From contig JBHGNT010000155.1 of NCBI GenBank assembly GCA_043228905.1, positions 337 through 64,336 on the forward strand: 64,000 bases of DNA, read 5' to 3'. The position numbers and the translations under genes are program-made. The DNA is from Azolla caroliniana (taxonomy: Eukaryota; Plantae; Polypodiophyta). Shown here piece by piece: positions 12,181-24,575 of this stretch. The notes under the pieces were generated by a model, which did not search any database, was not told the origin of the DNA, and saw nothing but the letters and a program-made list of their open reading frames with translations. Within the stretch, counting starts at the first letter, position 1. Each line of letters begins with the position of its first letter.

Positions 12181-12710
12181 ACATGGAACCAAGACAACAT
12201 TGCCCATGTTAAATATCCCCTCTCACATTGTTGTTCCACCTTTGCCATAGCCCAACAAAGCATTCATCCTAGCCCCAAACCTCCAAGCGGCTTATGTTAT
12301 GCATACACTATTAACACCATTGAATCGGTAGCTAGTTCCTCTCATTAGATTAGTTGAAAGATGATGAGGTGATCCCCTCACATTCCAACCCATGTGGAAA
12401 TGTTCCATCAGATAATCCTAGCAGAAAACCCCAACACCTCAGGATTTATGATCGACTTTTTTTTAATCGAAATGATTGACCTTGCTTGATCTAGATCTAA
12501 TGCACCACAAGAATCACCATCAATTATTTAAAGTTATCACGTGTAAATGTGATTAATCAATATTAGAGTGGATGTCTATGACTAGACTCCACCAACATAG
12601 TTTTTCTCTTGCTCACACACTCACTCTCATGCATGCACAATACGTTCGCACACCCCGACTCATCAAGAGTCAACATTATTTACATGGAGGATTTGTTATG
12701 TGATATGTAT

Positions 12711-13600
12711 TAGAAATATCATTAGAATTAGAATTAGAATTTTTTATTTTCCATAAAGAGGCCAATTTTGACCTATGGGACTAGAGTATACATGTGTTCT
12801 TGATATGTGTCTCCTTCCTAAAAAGGGGTATTCATACATTGAAGTACAAAGTCTCTATGCATGAATAAAGCATATACATATGAGCTCAACCATCTAGGTG
12901 GTGTCTTAAGCATGGCACTTACGTTATCACTCCCTCTTAGTATGTTAACATATCTTGAATGAATTGCAATATATGCCAAGCATGTGAAGAGCAAGTGACA
13001 TTCATCCTCTACCATGCCTTCATTGTGTACTTTACATGCCTTCAAATTCGTTACATTTTGATATCATGATGCAACTTCATTACCTAACTTGTGAGATCGA
13101 GTGCGAAGTAGTGTAAGGGCTCTACAAGCATTACTACTGGTATTGGTAATGAGATAAGGTTGGATACGATCAATAGACATTATTGCTTTACATTGAGACC
13201 AACATTCAGGTTTGACATTTGCAATGTAGTATTCTAGTTTTGTCCTCTTAGCATCTTCCCACTTCATCCTTAATGATTCCACCAACCTTTCCTTAATCAT
13301 TACATAATGCATAGTATCACCTGAAAATATCATCCACACCCCATCTTCTAAACCATTTTCTTATGTCAACAACCCAACTGGACGAGAGAATTTTACTCTT
13401 ATGATTCTTGTGTAGCTTACATCCAACATTCCAAGCAAGATGTGGTAATCCATGATTCAGCATATTCTTAACCTTTGTAATGAATCTATATACTCTTAGG
13501 AGTGCCAATATTTCTACGCGCTAAACACCTATTTCCAAGATGGTATAGTGATGCTCAAAATGAAATCACCTTAGTACCTTGCTTATTTTATTCATCATGT
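12711..13600 (-). mobile_element. 5'-truncated degenerate LINE
   Basis: Fragments RTRSHKL..., CKV...VEDECHLLFTC and SWVVDIRKWF. 3' hairpin at ~12751-12780 and a (TTCTAA)3 tail at ~12722-12741. 5' boundary is approximate. Confidence 0.72.
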
Positions 13601-13684
13601 GACAAACAAGGTTCATTGCTCCTTGAGATAGTTGAGTCCAAATCCCAATCAAACCAATTAGAGTCTGCATCACCGGAAAATCTT

Positions 13685-13722
<38 letters not shown>

Positions 13723-13849
13723 ACTTGAAATTGATCATAGCTAGGGTATAGGTTATTGATTGGATATATAGATCATACAACAATTGCCTTGGCAAACTCG
13801 TTGATGACCAACCCAACATTTTAAGTTGTGTATTGTCACTTTTTTCATT

Positions 13850-15050
13850 GACTGCAATCAACCATTAGCTACAACAAGGTGCATTCAATGGCTCGAGGAT
13901 ACCCATTCGACCATTTCCTTCAAAAGATGAATCAACTAGAGAATGTGTGCCCTTGGAATTGGAATGGGTTTTATATTTCATTCTACATGCAAGCCCATGA
14001 AATCACCATGGCATGTATAACAGTTGGGTTTGCACATCCAACCTCATTCGATGAAAAATAAAATTTCTTTTTGTGTCACTCTACCATCTAGTAAAAGTTT
14101 TTCTTCTCCTATTGTAAAAGGAAGTTACACCTCCAAAGATTTCTCTAGTTTAGGCTCTTGTACTTTGAGTTGACCATCATGACCCCTTCTTCTTGAGATA
14201 ACCCAACCTCTTTGGTAGTAACATGCACTTTGATTGAATTAACCAGAATAATAAAATTCCCATAAAATCTTGCGCACAAGAATTCTTCAAAATCCGCAAT
14301 TATGTCACTGAAAGAAACGTCCTCCATGACCCCCCTCACTTTTTCATCTTCATCGAGTACACAATATGATCTTACACATATTGTATCGTTGAATTTTTAG
14401 CTCTAGGATTTATTGTTGCAACTATTGATGTTGTTTGATTGAAATGTGACTTTTATTATATCTAGAAATGGTTTATTATCAATTGTGGGTTTCGAAATAT
14501 CCGGATTCCAAAGTATCATTACTCACTCCTTGTATAGTCACTTTTAAAATACTACTTCCCTCCTCTTTGAAAGATCTCTTTTGTTCTACTCATGATTAAG
14601 TGATTCTATTTGCAACTAGACAAACTTATCCTCACCTTGAGTGCAAACCCATGCAAATGGAGCTGGGAAGGTCAAATTACTACGCCCACGTCAATCCACT
14701 TCTTCTTTTTCCTTGTTGGGCTACTAGCAATTGTCTATCTTCTGCTACCAACTCCCCCATCGGCCCATCTAACTTTACCATAGTCGATAAGTAGTGTTAA
14801 TAGTCTTCATTGCGCAGATGAAGCAATGGGCTCATCTCATCTTCATCTCCAACCAAGATATTGTGGTGACAGGCTATTCGAGAATGATCATATGCGATGT
14901 GTCATATTTTATGAAGAAATTTTGGTCAATCTCCACCTTGCCAATCTTCACCAAAACATGAAGGTATGCACCATATAATTCCTTAATTTCTTCAATGCAT
15001 TGCAAATCTACAGTTCATGGTTAGTGTTGGTGAGATATTCTTCTTTTTTA
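13850..15050 (-). mobile_element. ancient relic of the E-type gypsy lineage (PR to RT N-terminus)
   Basis: Degenerate translations VKIGKVEIDQNFF (E: VKIGDVEIDQHFF), GVMEDVSFSDI (E: GAVEAVSFDDT), FSSNEVGCANPTV, KPIPIPRAHI and MGILEPLNAP. Confidence 0.7.
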
Positions 15051-15897
15051 TAGAAATCTTGTTTAGTATGACCAATGATGACTGAACATTGGTATTAATT
15101 CCTAGAACCGATACTTGGTCGGTCTTTAGGTTGTTTCACACCGCATGCCAAGGGCAACACTACAACAATCAGGAATTATGAGCATCATGATCACACCCTA
15201 AGGAGAACTCACATATGAAAATTTGATCCAACAGGAGTGAGTTGCAACACAATAAGTGGGATGTAGAATGGGGTGTTACGAGCATTGTGACCTTACTCTA
15301 GGAACTTGCACATGAACTATGATGCATTTACCTTGGTCCCATGTGTTCACATGTGGGTCTCTCTCTCTCCATATAAATGTATCCATCCATATGTATATAT
15401 AATGTACTATAGATACACAAATACATGTCTTCTCCACGACCCTAAAGATTTGCTAGGCTCCAAAATGGATGTAGAAACAAGCTCTTTCTTTCGTACACCT
15501 TTAGTATGTGGGAGCATGATCTCTCCCTCCCTCTTTACCTATACCTTCATTGGATGTAAGGATGACCTCTTTACATAAATAAGGTCCATACTTTGCAATG
15601 ACCCAAAGTACACACGTAGAGGTAAAGGATATAGATTTACTATTTATGGTCCCATACAAAGATATTCCAGGTTGTGGGACCCAAAGTATAGAGCCAAAGT
15701 CTATGGATTCAGTAATAACGGTCCCACACAAGGATATATTTTTTTGCTTGCCTTATTATTTGGTGGCCATGTTGAGCTTTTATTATGTGATTGGTAGAGC
15801 CAAGTTTCTGCATTGCTGCAGGCAACAAGCATTTCGAATTACTAGGTGCATCTTTATCATCATGTGAGCACCAAACTGAGAATTGCACAAATCCAGC

Positions 15898-17070
15898 ATG
15901 GAAATCATATCCATGGACGAGAATCCAACGGTGGTGGTGGGAAGGGCTACGCGGTTATATCTCGGGAGGCGGCTCAGCCATTGGATCCTATTGGCCACAT
16001 TTTGTGTCATGGATGCACTTGGCTTGATGGGAGCATGGGTGGCAGGGAGGTTCTATTTTGCTCAAGGAGGCCAACAAAGGTGGCTTTACACTACCCTCCA
16101 AACCATTGGATGGCCAATCCTAATCCCACCCCTCTTCATTACCTACTACTTAGAGACCAGAAGACCCAAATCCAGTGACCCCATTATCATACTACTACTA
16201 CTGCATTCACCTGGCTCCATCATCACCACGGCACGTGCGCTCCTCGATGCTCGTGCATCCGTGGGCGCACCCTTCACCCCTACCCTCCTCCTCGTCTTCA
16301 CCGGCCTCGGTTTCCTCACCTCCATCGACAACTTCCTCTTCACTTACGGCCTCTCGTACTTGTCCGTCTCCACGGCCGCCCTACTCGGCTCGTCCCAACT
16401 CGCCTTCACCTCCGTCTTCTCCTATCTTCTCGTCCGATTTCGTTTCACATTCGGGTCTCTGAATGCTGTCTTTGCAATCACGCTCGGCACCGTCCTTTTG
16501 GGCCTCCCCGGGGCGGCCGCGAGCACCGACATCCCACCGGGCACCAGCCACAAACAGTACATTCTGGCAGTCGTGGCTGCCATTGGTGCGGCCGCCCTAT
16601 TTGGCCTCATCTTACCTCTCCTCGAGCTCACATACGAGAAACTCATCCATAGATCCAACATCTGTGTCATCCTGGAGACTCAAATCATGGTATCCCTGTT
16701 CGCCACCGTGTTTTCTCTGCTGGGCATGGCTTTTAGTGGCGAATTCTCGGCCATTCATGGAGAATCTACCACATTTGGTAGCAGTAGCTCCTCCATATAT
16801 TGTGTGGTGCTCCTAGCAACAGCCGTATGCTGGCAGCTGTGCTATGTGGGTGCGCTAGGCCTCGTATTCCTGGCCTCCGCTCTGTTCTCCAACCTTCTGA
16901 GCACCTCATTTTTGCCCATCATCTCCATCCTTGCTTTGGCTGTCTTCCACGATGACTTCTCCTCTCTTAAGGCCATCGCTGTGCTGCTCTCCTTCTGGGG
17001 TACCATCTCCTATGCCTATGGCGGCTATTCTAATAATGCCACAATCCCGGATCATCCAACTACGACCTAG
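15898..17070 (+). CDS. PUP: purine permease (PUP family) transporter, intronless, copy 1
   Basis: About 10 hydrophobic segments. Motifs GG..RWLYTTLQTIGWP, YGLSYL..ST...SSQLAF..FSY, FT..SLNAV and CWQL...G..GLVF.AS.LFS. ATG at 15898 or 15913. Confidence 0.9.
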   Translation: MEIISMDENPTVVVGRATRLYLGRRLSHWILLATFCVMDALGLMGAWVAGRFYFAQGGQQRWLYTTLQTIGWPILIPPLFITYYLETRRPKSSDPIIILLLLHSPGSIITTARALLDARASVGAPFTPTLLLVFTGLGFLTSIDNFLFTYGLSYLSVSTAALLGSSQLAFTSVFSYLLVRFRFTFGSLNAVFAITLGTVLLGLPGAAASTDIPPGTSHKQYILAVVAAIGAAALFGLILPLLELTYEKLIHRSNICVILETQIMVSLFATVFSLLGMAFSGEFSAIHGESTTFGSSSSSIYCVVLLATAVCWQLCYVGALGLVFLASALFSNLLSTSFLPIISILALAVFHDDFSSLKAIAVLLSFWGTISYAYGGYSNNATIPDHPTTT

Positions 17071-17871
17071 CTACCTTACCTACCTACCTACCTACCTCCT
17101 GCGCCTGCGCTCACGATTTGCCCAACCAACCAAGCAGGAATGGATTATGGATTATGGACATCTACCACACATTCCTGCACGCCTCGCCCTCTCATTTACG
17201 CCTCTTTTCCTCCTTCAATCTCTTAAAAAACTCCTCCTGTTCTTCTCAATCTCTAACCCAAAAAGAAGCATATATATATAACACAAATATTCCTCTTCGT
17301 TCGCCATGAATGAATGATTGTTTCTTACATCTTCTTCAAGAAAAACTCGTTTCCTTCTATCTTAATCCTGAGTGAGCCCTTCAAAATTGATTGTAACTGC
17401 CTAATCCACAGTAATATCCTATCTCTTGATGCATGCATTTAGAATTGTGTATTTGGGAAAAGAGTTGCTATTACGTTCCTTCCATTTCCAGATCGAACAC
17501 GGATTGTTACGAAAACAAAATTTGACTCGAAAAAATTCCGAGCATGGGGCTAAATTCTAATGTTAATGTTGTTGTTTTATTTTGTGGGAGGTAGAATTTG
17601 GATCTATACATATTTCTAAAGCCATTTACATATGTACTATAGTCTATCATTGAGCTAGACCCCCACAAGAAACATGATGGAATTTTTGGCTCAGAAATCT
17701 GAGGTTGTAAGGAGGAAAAGTTTCCTACGAGGAATAAAGTTGTACAAAAAAGAAAATCATCTTGGGCCCTTTGTTTGAACCTATTGGACACTCCATCGTC
17801 TCTATGGTCTTTAGATGGGCCTAGTCATTTTGTCCCTAGCATTCACATTTGGCCTTTAAACTGAGCAAAAA

Positions 17872-17902
<31 letters not shown>

Positions 17903-19272
17903 ATAGAACAAAAGAAGCGCTTGACGCGGAGCAAATAACGGAGAGGAAGATTGTGATCATTTGGTATCGGGTGTTACAACTAAATACCCTCACTAACCGA
18001 GAATTTCACAATCATTACGAACACTTTTTATTACACATAAAAAACACAAATACATAAACATAACCACATGCACGTGCAATTTCTTTACGCCCCTGTTATT
18101 ATATATGTGCCAAAATCACAAACACTTAGCTAAGCCTATACATATGCATATACATCACTTTATTCATGTGTACACATACAAAGACAAGCATGTAGACACA
18201 TGAACTAACACAAACACACGTACTCATGCATATATGTGGTCTCAACCATACACACTAACAATTACATGCATACACACATATACCTTCCTATCTACATCCA
18301 CACCTAAAAACAAATAATTGCTCATACACGAGCAAAAAATGATTGCACACACTCATTATATACAAGCACTCACTTATAAAATCAAGTTTCATTCACATCT
18401 ACTATTCCAAAGCACGAATTTATCGAACCAAACCTCATTACACAAGAAAGGGTGAACTAAAATTTCCCTGGTACACAACATGTGCATTTACAAATGTACT
18501 TGTGCAAAACGAACAAGGAGAACAATCGTCATTCTCAACCCTTCCTCAACATTGTCATTGATAGAGCCATCTTCCATAGTTCAAGTTCTCGTTGGTCTTG
18601 CTTGGCTTTTTCACACGCATGAATGTAATTTTCACAATAGCATGTATGAAATAAAGACAACACTCGGACAAGATCCATGTGTGAAATCCAAGAACATATG
18701 GGGTTTGGAACTCCTCTAGTAGACATTTGACAAATTTATGTACATGCCAATAGAAATAAGTAAGACCTTTTTTATGGAACATGGAAAAGATTTGTGTTAG
18801 TATATCGTCTTGTACATAATCATGGTCTTGGAACATTCTTTGTGACCGTGGAGGCTAGGACTACTCACATCTCATCAATCTACATTGTAGTTTTCATTCA
18901 TCTCTCTTTTAAACCTTATCCGAACATTCAAACTATTTTCACAATTGAACATTCAATACTAAATCTCTTGACATGCTTGAAGTCTCGACATTCCGTTCAA
19001 ATATGACGTCTCTAAAATGGGGAGAAAGTTTTGGACAAATGTGTTATCAACCAAGTTTTTCAATGCTCCCCCACTATTCGATTGGTAAAACATAGCCAAT
19101 AAATAGTACTTACAATAAGAGACAAGTCAAAATACTATTTTTGTAAGGAGTTAAAGAAGAATTCCAATGTTGGACATATGCAACCTCCTATGACTTCCAA
19201 ATATCACTTGTTATGGTATGATGTAATCTACATCTTGGATGTTAATACATCATCATCGTCGTGATGATCATC

Positions 19273-19314
<42 letters not shown>

Positions 19315-20117
19315 AGGATCCAAAGTCAACTATTTCTTCAAGCACATTTATATTTTGCATGTTTTGGGAAGAATGCAAAGTAGTCAACAATAAAAGCCAG
19401 TTTGCAAACAAATTTTGTTCATTATCTGAAAACACATATCTCATTATTTTAAGAGCTTTAAAGAATAGATTATTTAAAACATTAGCAAGCACAAGCTTGC
19501 TCTATCCACTTCTAACTTTCAATTAAGATGATCAGCTTTTTATGAGTCTAGTGGACAACTCAAAGTGAACCACCGTGGCTTTGCATTATTGGAGTAATGA
19601 TTTTGGATGGCTAATGTCGCATTTTGGTATGTAAAGCATTTGGATGACTTGGTCCATAAAAAAAGTACTTCCGTAGTAATGCGTCCACAACCTCACAATT
19701 AACAAGGTCTTTCTTAAGTTCCTTAGAGGCCATTTACTACCTTCTTATCTTCATATTTGAACGTCCATGTAATAAATTTCAATATTTTGTGTCATTTGAT
19801 CAATATCGAATGATGTCTACCATTTATATATATGATCGACATAATAACTCAACTCTACTTGAAAATATAGATGTCTTAACCACTCAATAGAAGGGACTTG
19901 TCTTTGGAAAACCCAATGAGCTTTCTCCCATCTCATACTAATCCTTAACAACAAAGGCATGACAAACATTTGTCAAAGCTTTGCAATTAATATTTGTTGA
20001 AAACCCTGAGCACATATAGTTGAAACCAATGTGAGCATTAGTTGCAAAGGGCAAGTTATGGGCAGAATGTATTCAGGGCTTCATTGCGTTTCCAGAATGT
20101 AGGGACACATTTAGAGA

Positions 20118-20128
20118 CTATATAAAGG
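20118..20128 (+). promoter_or_regulatory. candidate TATA box of PUP copy 2
   Basis: CTATATAAAGG about 70 bp upstream of the ATG at 20194. Confidence 0.55.
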
Positions 20129-20193
20129 AAGATGCCGAATACATCAAGTTGAGTTTAGTTGCGTGGGGAGCTAAACTAGTGAGAGAGAAATCT

Positions 20194-21396
20194 ATGCATA
20201 TGGATGATGATGATGATCTACAAAGGACGGTGGGGGACGAGGCATACATGAGAAGGAGTTTGACCCATTGGGTGGTAGTGGGCACTTGTTGCATCATGGG
20301 ATGTGTGGGGACGGGTGGAGGTCTCCTATTGGGTAGGCTCTATTCGTATGGAGGTGGCCAACAGAAGTGGCTTTACACTGCCCTCCAGACCATTGGATGG
20401 CCGATCCTTATCCCACCCTTACTCCTCACCTATTACCTAGGGGCCAAGTCCCAACAGAAATGCCAGTCACGTGACCCCACCCCAAACCCCGCCCATACCA
20501 ATACCAATACCAATACCAATACCATCCTCACCTCACTTGACCTGTGGGTTGCTCACTCCCACATAGGCGCCTCCTTCACCCCCACCTTCCTCTTCACCTT
20601 CGTGGCCATGGGCTTCCTCACCTCCATGGACAACTTCCTCTTCGTCTATGGCCTCTCCTACCTCTCCATCTCCACCACCTCCCTGCTCACGTCCTCACAA
20701 CTCGCATTCAACGCCATCTTCTCGTACCTCCTCGTCCGCCATCGCTTCACTGCCGCATCTCTCAATGCCGTGTTCGCCATTACCCTCGCCACTATCTTCC
20801 TCGGTCTCCATGCCGTCACATTCGAGGAAACCGACTTGCCTCCCGACACGAGTCGCCACCAATATGTCCTCGCTATCCTCGCCACTCTCGGAGGGTCGGC
20901 CCTTTTCGGCCTCATCTTCCCCCTAATGCAACTCGCATACCAAACCGTCGTCCACAAAGCCACATTCTGTGTCATCTTGGAAGCTCAAATCTTGCTAGCT
21001 ATGTCCGCTACCGCCTTTTCGTTGATAGGCATGGGCATCTGCCATGAATTCTCCGCCATTCCCGACGAATCGAAGAATTTCCGGTACAACAGATCCATAT
21101 ATTGTCTCATGCTCGTCGCGTCCACCATATGTTGGCAACTCAGCTTCCTTGGTACGATTGGTCTCGTGTTCATCGTCTCGGCCCTCTTTTCGAGCATTGT
21201 TACCAACGCTTTCTTTCCCGTGCTCTCCCTCATTGCCATTGGTGTGTACCATGATGAATTCTCGGCTCTTAAGGCCATATCTGTGGTCCTCTCATTTTGG
21301 GGTGTTATCTCCTATGGTTATGGTGGATATGTGGAAGCCAAGTATTCACAACCAAGCACAATATTGCCCCGTGATGAGGAATCGACGGTTCCGTGA
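20194..21396 (+). CDS. PUP: purine permease (PUP family) transporter, intronless, copy 2
   Basis: Same PUP motifs as copy 1 (GGGQQKWLYTALQTIGWP, SSQLAFNAIFSY, CWQLSFLG). ATG at 20194 or 20200. Confidence 0.9.
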   Translation: MHMDDDDDLQRTVGDEAYMRRSLTHWVVVGTCCIMGCVGTGGGLLLGRLYSYGGGQQKWLYTALQTIGWPILIPPLLLTYYLGAKSQQKCQSRDPTPNPAHTNTNTNTNTILTSLDLWVAHSHIGASFTPTFLFTFVAMGFLTSMDNFLFVYGLSYLSISTTSLLTSSQLAFNAIFSYLLVRHRFTAASLNAVFAITLATIFLGLHAVTFEETDLPPDTSRHQYVLAILATLGGSALFGLIFPLMQLAYQTVVHKATFCVILEAQILLAMSATAFSLIGMGICHEFSAIPDESKNFRYNRSIYCLMLVASTICWQLSFLGTIGLVFIVSALFSSIVTNAFFPVLSLIAIGVYHDEFSALKAISVVLSFWGVISYGYGGYVEAKYSQPSTILPRDEESTVP

Positions 21397-22069
21397 TGTG
21401 ATCTAGAATACCCTTGTACCCTGATGTGCAATAGTATACACTCTCTTAGTTATAGATGTTCTTTGTCAAGCTTCTTGTCCAATGGTCTACAACTAACTTC
21501 ATTGATCACGGTCATTATAAAAAGTAAAAGTGATAGTGCAAACTAAATCTAGTTGTTAAAGGGAGATTGGCAAGCCAAAGCATCATAATGTAGAATTCAA
21601 GCCCAAGATATTACTCACTACAAGTTGAAATGGTAGCGTTAGGTGTGAACAAGCACCATCAAACCTCATAATACATGTAGGCAAAGTGAAAAGGAGCTCT
21701 ATTGAATGTGTTTAAGTGTGGTGGTTGTTTGTTCTAACAACTTAATGCATATAAATGAACTATAGAATTATAGTGGGGGCTAGTTTCTCAATTTGTAAGT
21801 TTCATGTGTATCTGCTCAGTTACATAAGCATGATCTATATTAACTCGTGTTGCTTTTGCTATTGCAATCACACGTAGTGCTCTCATGTGCTTGCTATAGT
21901 GTTCTCTACTATAAGTATTTGGGTAAATCTAGCATTATTCTAAAGCTTTTCGTTCCTGGGGGTTACTATTAAATAGAACTAGGAAGTAAGGGATAGTTGT
22001 CAATCAAGCATTTTCAATAAAAGAGTGTTTGGGTTTCGATGGCAACCAAATTAAGTGATGAGCTACCGT

Positions 22070-22436
22070 TAGCAATGGGCAACAATTCACAAAACTGCGG
22101 TTTAACAAGTTAATGGTTTAAATGGTTTGATTCGGTTCGAGCCTTTATCAGTTTCACGGTTTTCGGTTTAAAAAATTAAAATTTGAAATATTGAAAAATT
22201 TTAAAATTTTAAAACTAAAATGTGAAATTTAGAATTTTGACCTAACTTGAAAACCAAAACCGAACCGCGAAACCACAATTTTAACCATTTCATAATTTTC
22301 ATAATGGTTTGGTTTAAATAGTTTCGTGGTTCGGATTAAGTTTTAAATTTTTTATATAGTTTGGTTTTAAATGGTTCGAGGTTGACAGTCTCAAATTGAA
22401 CCAAACCAAACCAAACCAAACAATTGCCGATTGTTA
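22070..22436. mobile_element. hAT-type MITE
   Basis: Imperfect TIRs TAGCAATGGGCAA / TTGCCGATTGTTA. 8-bp TSD GCTACCGT / GCTGCCGT. Many subterminal AAACCG/AAACCA motifs in opposite orientations. Confidence 0.75.
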
Positions 22437-22710
22437 GCTGCCGTAGGGTTTAACATACTAAAGTGAACTTCATCTATTTTAACATCATATTGCAAATACA
22501 GAGGTTGATGCAACCGTCATGATCAAGGATACAACTACACTTAGCTAGCACAAAACCAAACCAAACCAAACCAAACAATTGCCGATTGTTAGCTGCCGTA
22601 GGGTTTAACATACTAAAGTGAACTTCATCTATTTTAACATCATATTACAAATACAGAGGTTGATGCAACCGTCATGATCAAGGATACAACTACACTTAGC
22701 TAGCACAAAA
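22399..22710 (+). repeat. tandem duplication of a 155-bp unit covering the MITE right end and its flank
   Basis: CAATTGCCGATTGTTAGCTGCC occurs at 22421 and 22576, and the two units are nearly identical. Confidence 0.9.
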
Positions 22711-23805
22711 CTCCATTTCGGTCTTTTTGTTCTCTCACAATTTCATTTATTCCTTGATTTCTCAAAAAGAGGAAAGACTTTAGTCTCACATGCGTTGAGA
22801 TTTGATTGATATTATTGATGGGTGATTGATGAGAGTGTAAATGATGAGGTTTGAACTCGAGTGGATAAAAACTCAGAGATTTACAACAAAAGAATATAAT
22901 TGTAATTTCAAAGGTACCAAGGTACCAACTGTTTGTAGAAAATCAATAAATCTTGAAGAGATTTTGTTCTCTTCTTATTGACCAACAAGTTTTCATCATA
23001 CAAGATTTCTTCATTACAAGCCAATTTCTAGACTAAGATGTAGTATCAAAATAGATATTCATCTAAGATTGTATATATCTTATCAGACAAGAATGTTCCT
23101 TTTTAATTAAAAATACCATTTACAATCCTTGTTGCAATATGTGTAGGATCTATGTATCGATGGAGTTAACTCCTCGATGTCGTTTGCGGAGTTCGGACCG
23201 GCGTATACCCTTTTGATGGCGAATCAGGCGGAGATGGTTGTTGGACACCTCTGAGCCTCACACTCACTTAACGATTAATAGATGATTAAGCACGATATCT
23301 CTCTCACTCTCTCAAGCTCGCTCTCATAGCCAATAGGGTAAATTATGAATATAGACAATAAGAGTAATGAATATGTTTATTAACCCTCTTTGCTAAGAGG
23401 TCTAGCACCAACAAGGAAGAGAGATTAGTGTTCTCTTTAGAACTAAACACCTCACTAATCTCTCTTAAGCTTAAAGGTTACAAGAAGGAGGAGAGGAAGC
23501 TCTAGCTCTTAATCAATGGGAGATCTTTACAAATGAAAGAACCCTTACAAAGCCACCACTATGTGGTTTATATAGCATTTACATTTAGGGTGTGGACCTT
23601 TCACACTTGGATGTCCATTAGTCCTCTTTCCTCTTGCCATTCCCTCTTCGTAGGTCCTTTAGCCATACTACGTCCTTGTCGATGTGCTCTTCTTCATTAC
23701 TGGTCGTGGTGTGATCCAAACGCTTAACATACCCCCCACCCTAATGTTGGGAGACAGGTCCCTTCGGATGGGAAGGGAGAAGAACAGTGCTAATGAACAA
23801 ACTCA

Positions 23806-24050
23806 GTTGCGGAGAGCCGGAGGTTGCAGACCCGGTGGAAACCGGATGAGAAGTACCCGGCTATGGAGAGCCGGAGGGTGTAGACCCGGTGAGAACTGGA
23901 TGAGGAGTACTCGACTACGGAGAGCCGGATGGTGCAGACCCGGTGAGAACCGGATGAGGAGTACCCGGCTACGGAGAGCCGGATGGTGCAGACCCGGTGA
24001 GACCCGGATGAGGAGTACTCGGCTACGGAGAGTCGGATGGTGAAGACCTG
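23806..24050 (+). repeat. 54-bp tandem repeat array in U3 of the C-family LTR
   Basis: Unit ~CCCGGCTACGGAGAGCCGGATGGTGCAGACCCGGTGAGAACCGGATGAGGAGTA. The 3' LTR (~28690-28995) has one more unit. Confidence 0.9.
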
Positions 24051-24226
24051 GTGAGGAGTGCTCACCGGATGAAGAGACATATTCGTAAATATGTTTATGA
24101 GAGTCCATAGAGGCTATATTTGTAAATAGCCGAAAAGTCATATTAGTATAAATATGACTTAGGGCAAACTTTTAGTGTGGGTTGTTATTCTTGTTGGTGC
24201 AAGAAGAGAGAGAGTGTGTAACTGTG

Positions 24227-24275
<49 letters not shown>

Positions 24276-24575
24276 GTCGTTGCCTCTGTTGAAACCGCCG
24301 CCTGTGGCGAAGATCGTGAGCACGAGGTCGTTGCCTCCGTGAACTCACTGTTGTACATTCTAACATAGTGATAGTTTGCAGCCTGTGGGCTGCCGTGGTT
24401 TTTTTCCCTAGTTTGGGGTTTTCCATGTAAACATCATGTGTACTCTTCTCTTCTTTGTGTCGTGCATTTATTTCCCGTTTTCTGTGTATGATTCTAAGCT
24501 CGGTTGTGGCCGAGCTTTGCGTATAGGGAGCGTGCAGTTCCTGTCAAGTGGTATCAGAGCGAAACGATACAGAAA

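Noticed and set aside
11632-12348. 238-aa ORF
   Set aside because: It runs antisense through the A LTR, its (CT)n tract and the flank, so it is a chance ORF.
17400-20000. Short ORFs and (TG)n / (CT)n tracts between the PUP genes
   Set aside because: AT-rich intergenic or decayed repeat sequence with no supportable feature.
23684-24141. ORFs with repeated RRAGWCRPGENRMRSTRL / SPGLHHPALRSRVLLIR peptides, and a CRISPR-like periodicity
   Set aside because: These are translations of the 54-bp LTR tandem array. The units are contiguous with no unique spacers, and there are no cas genes.
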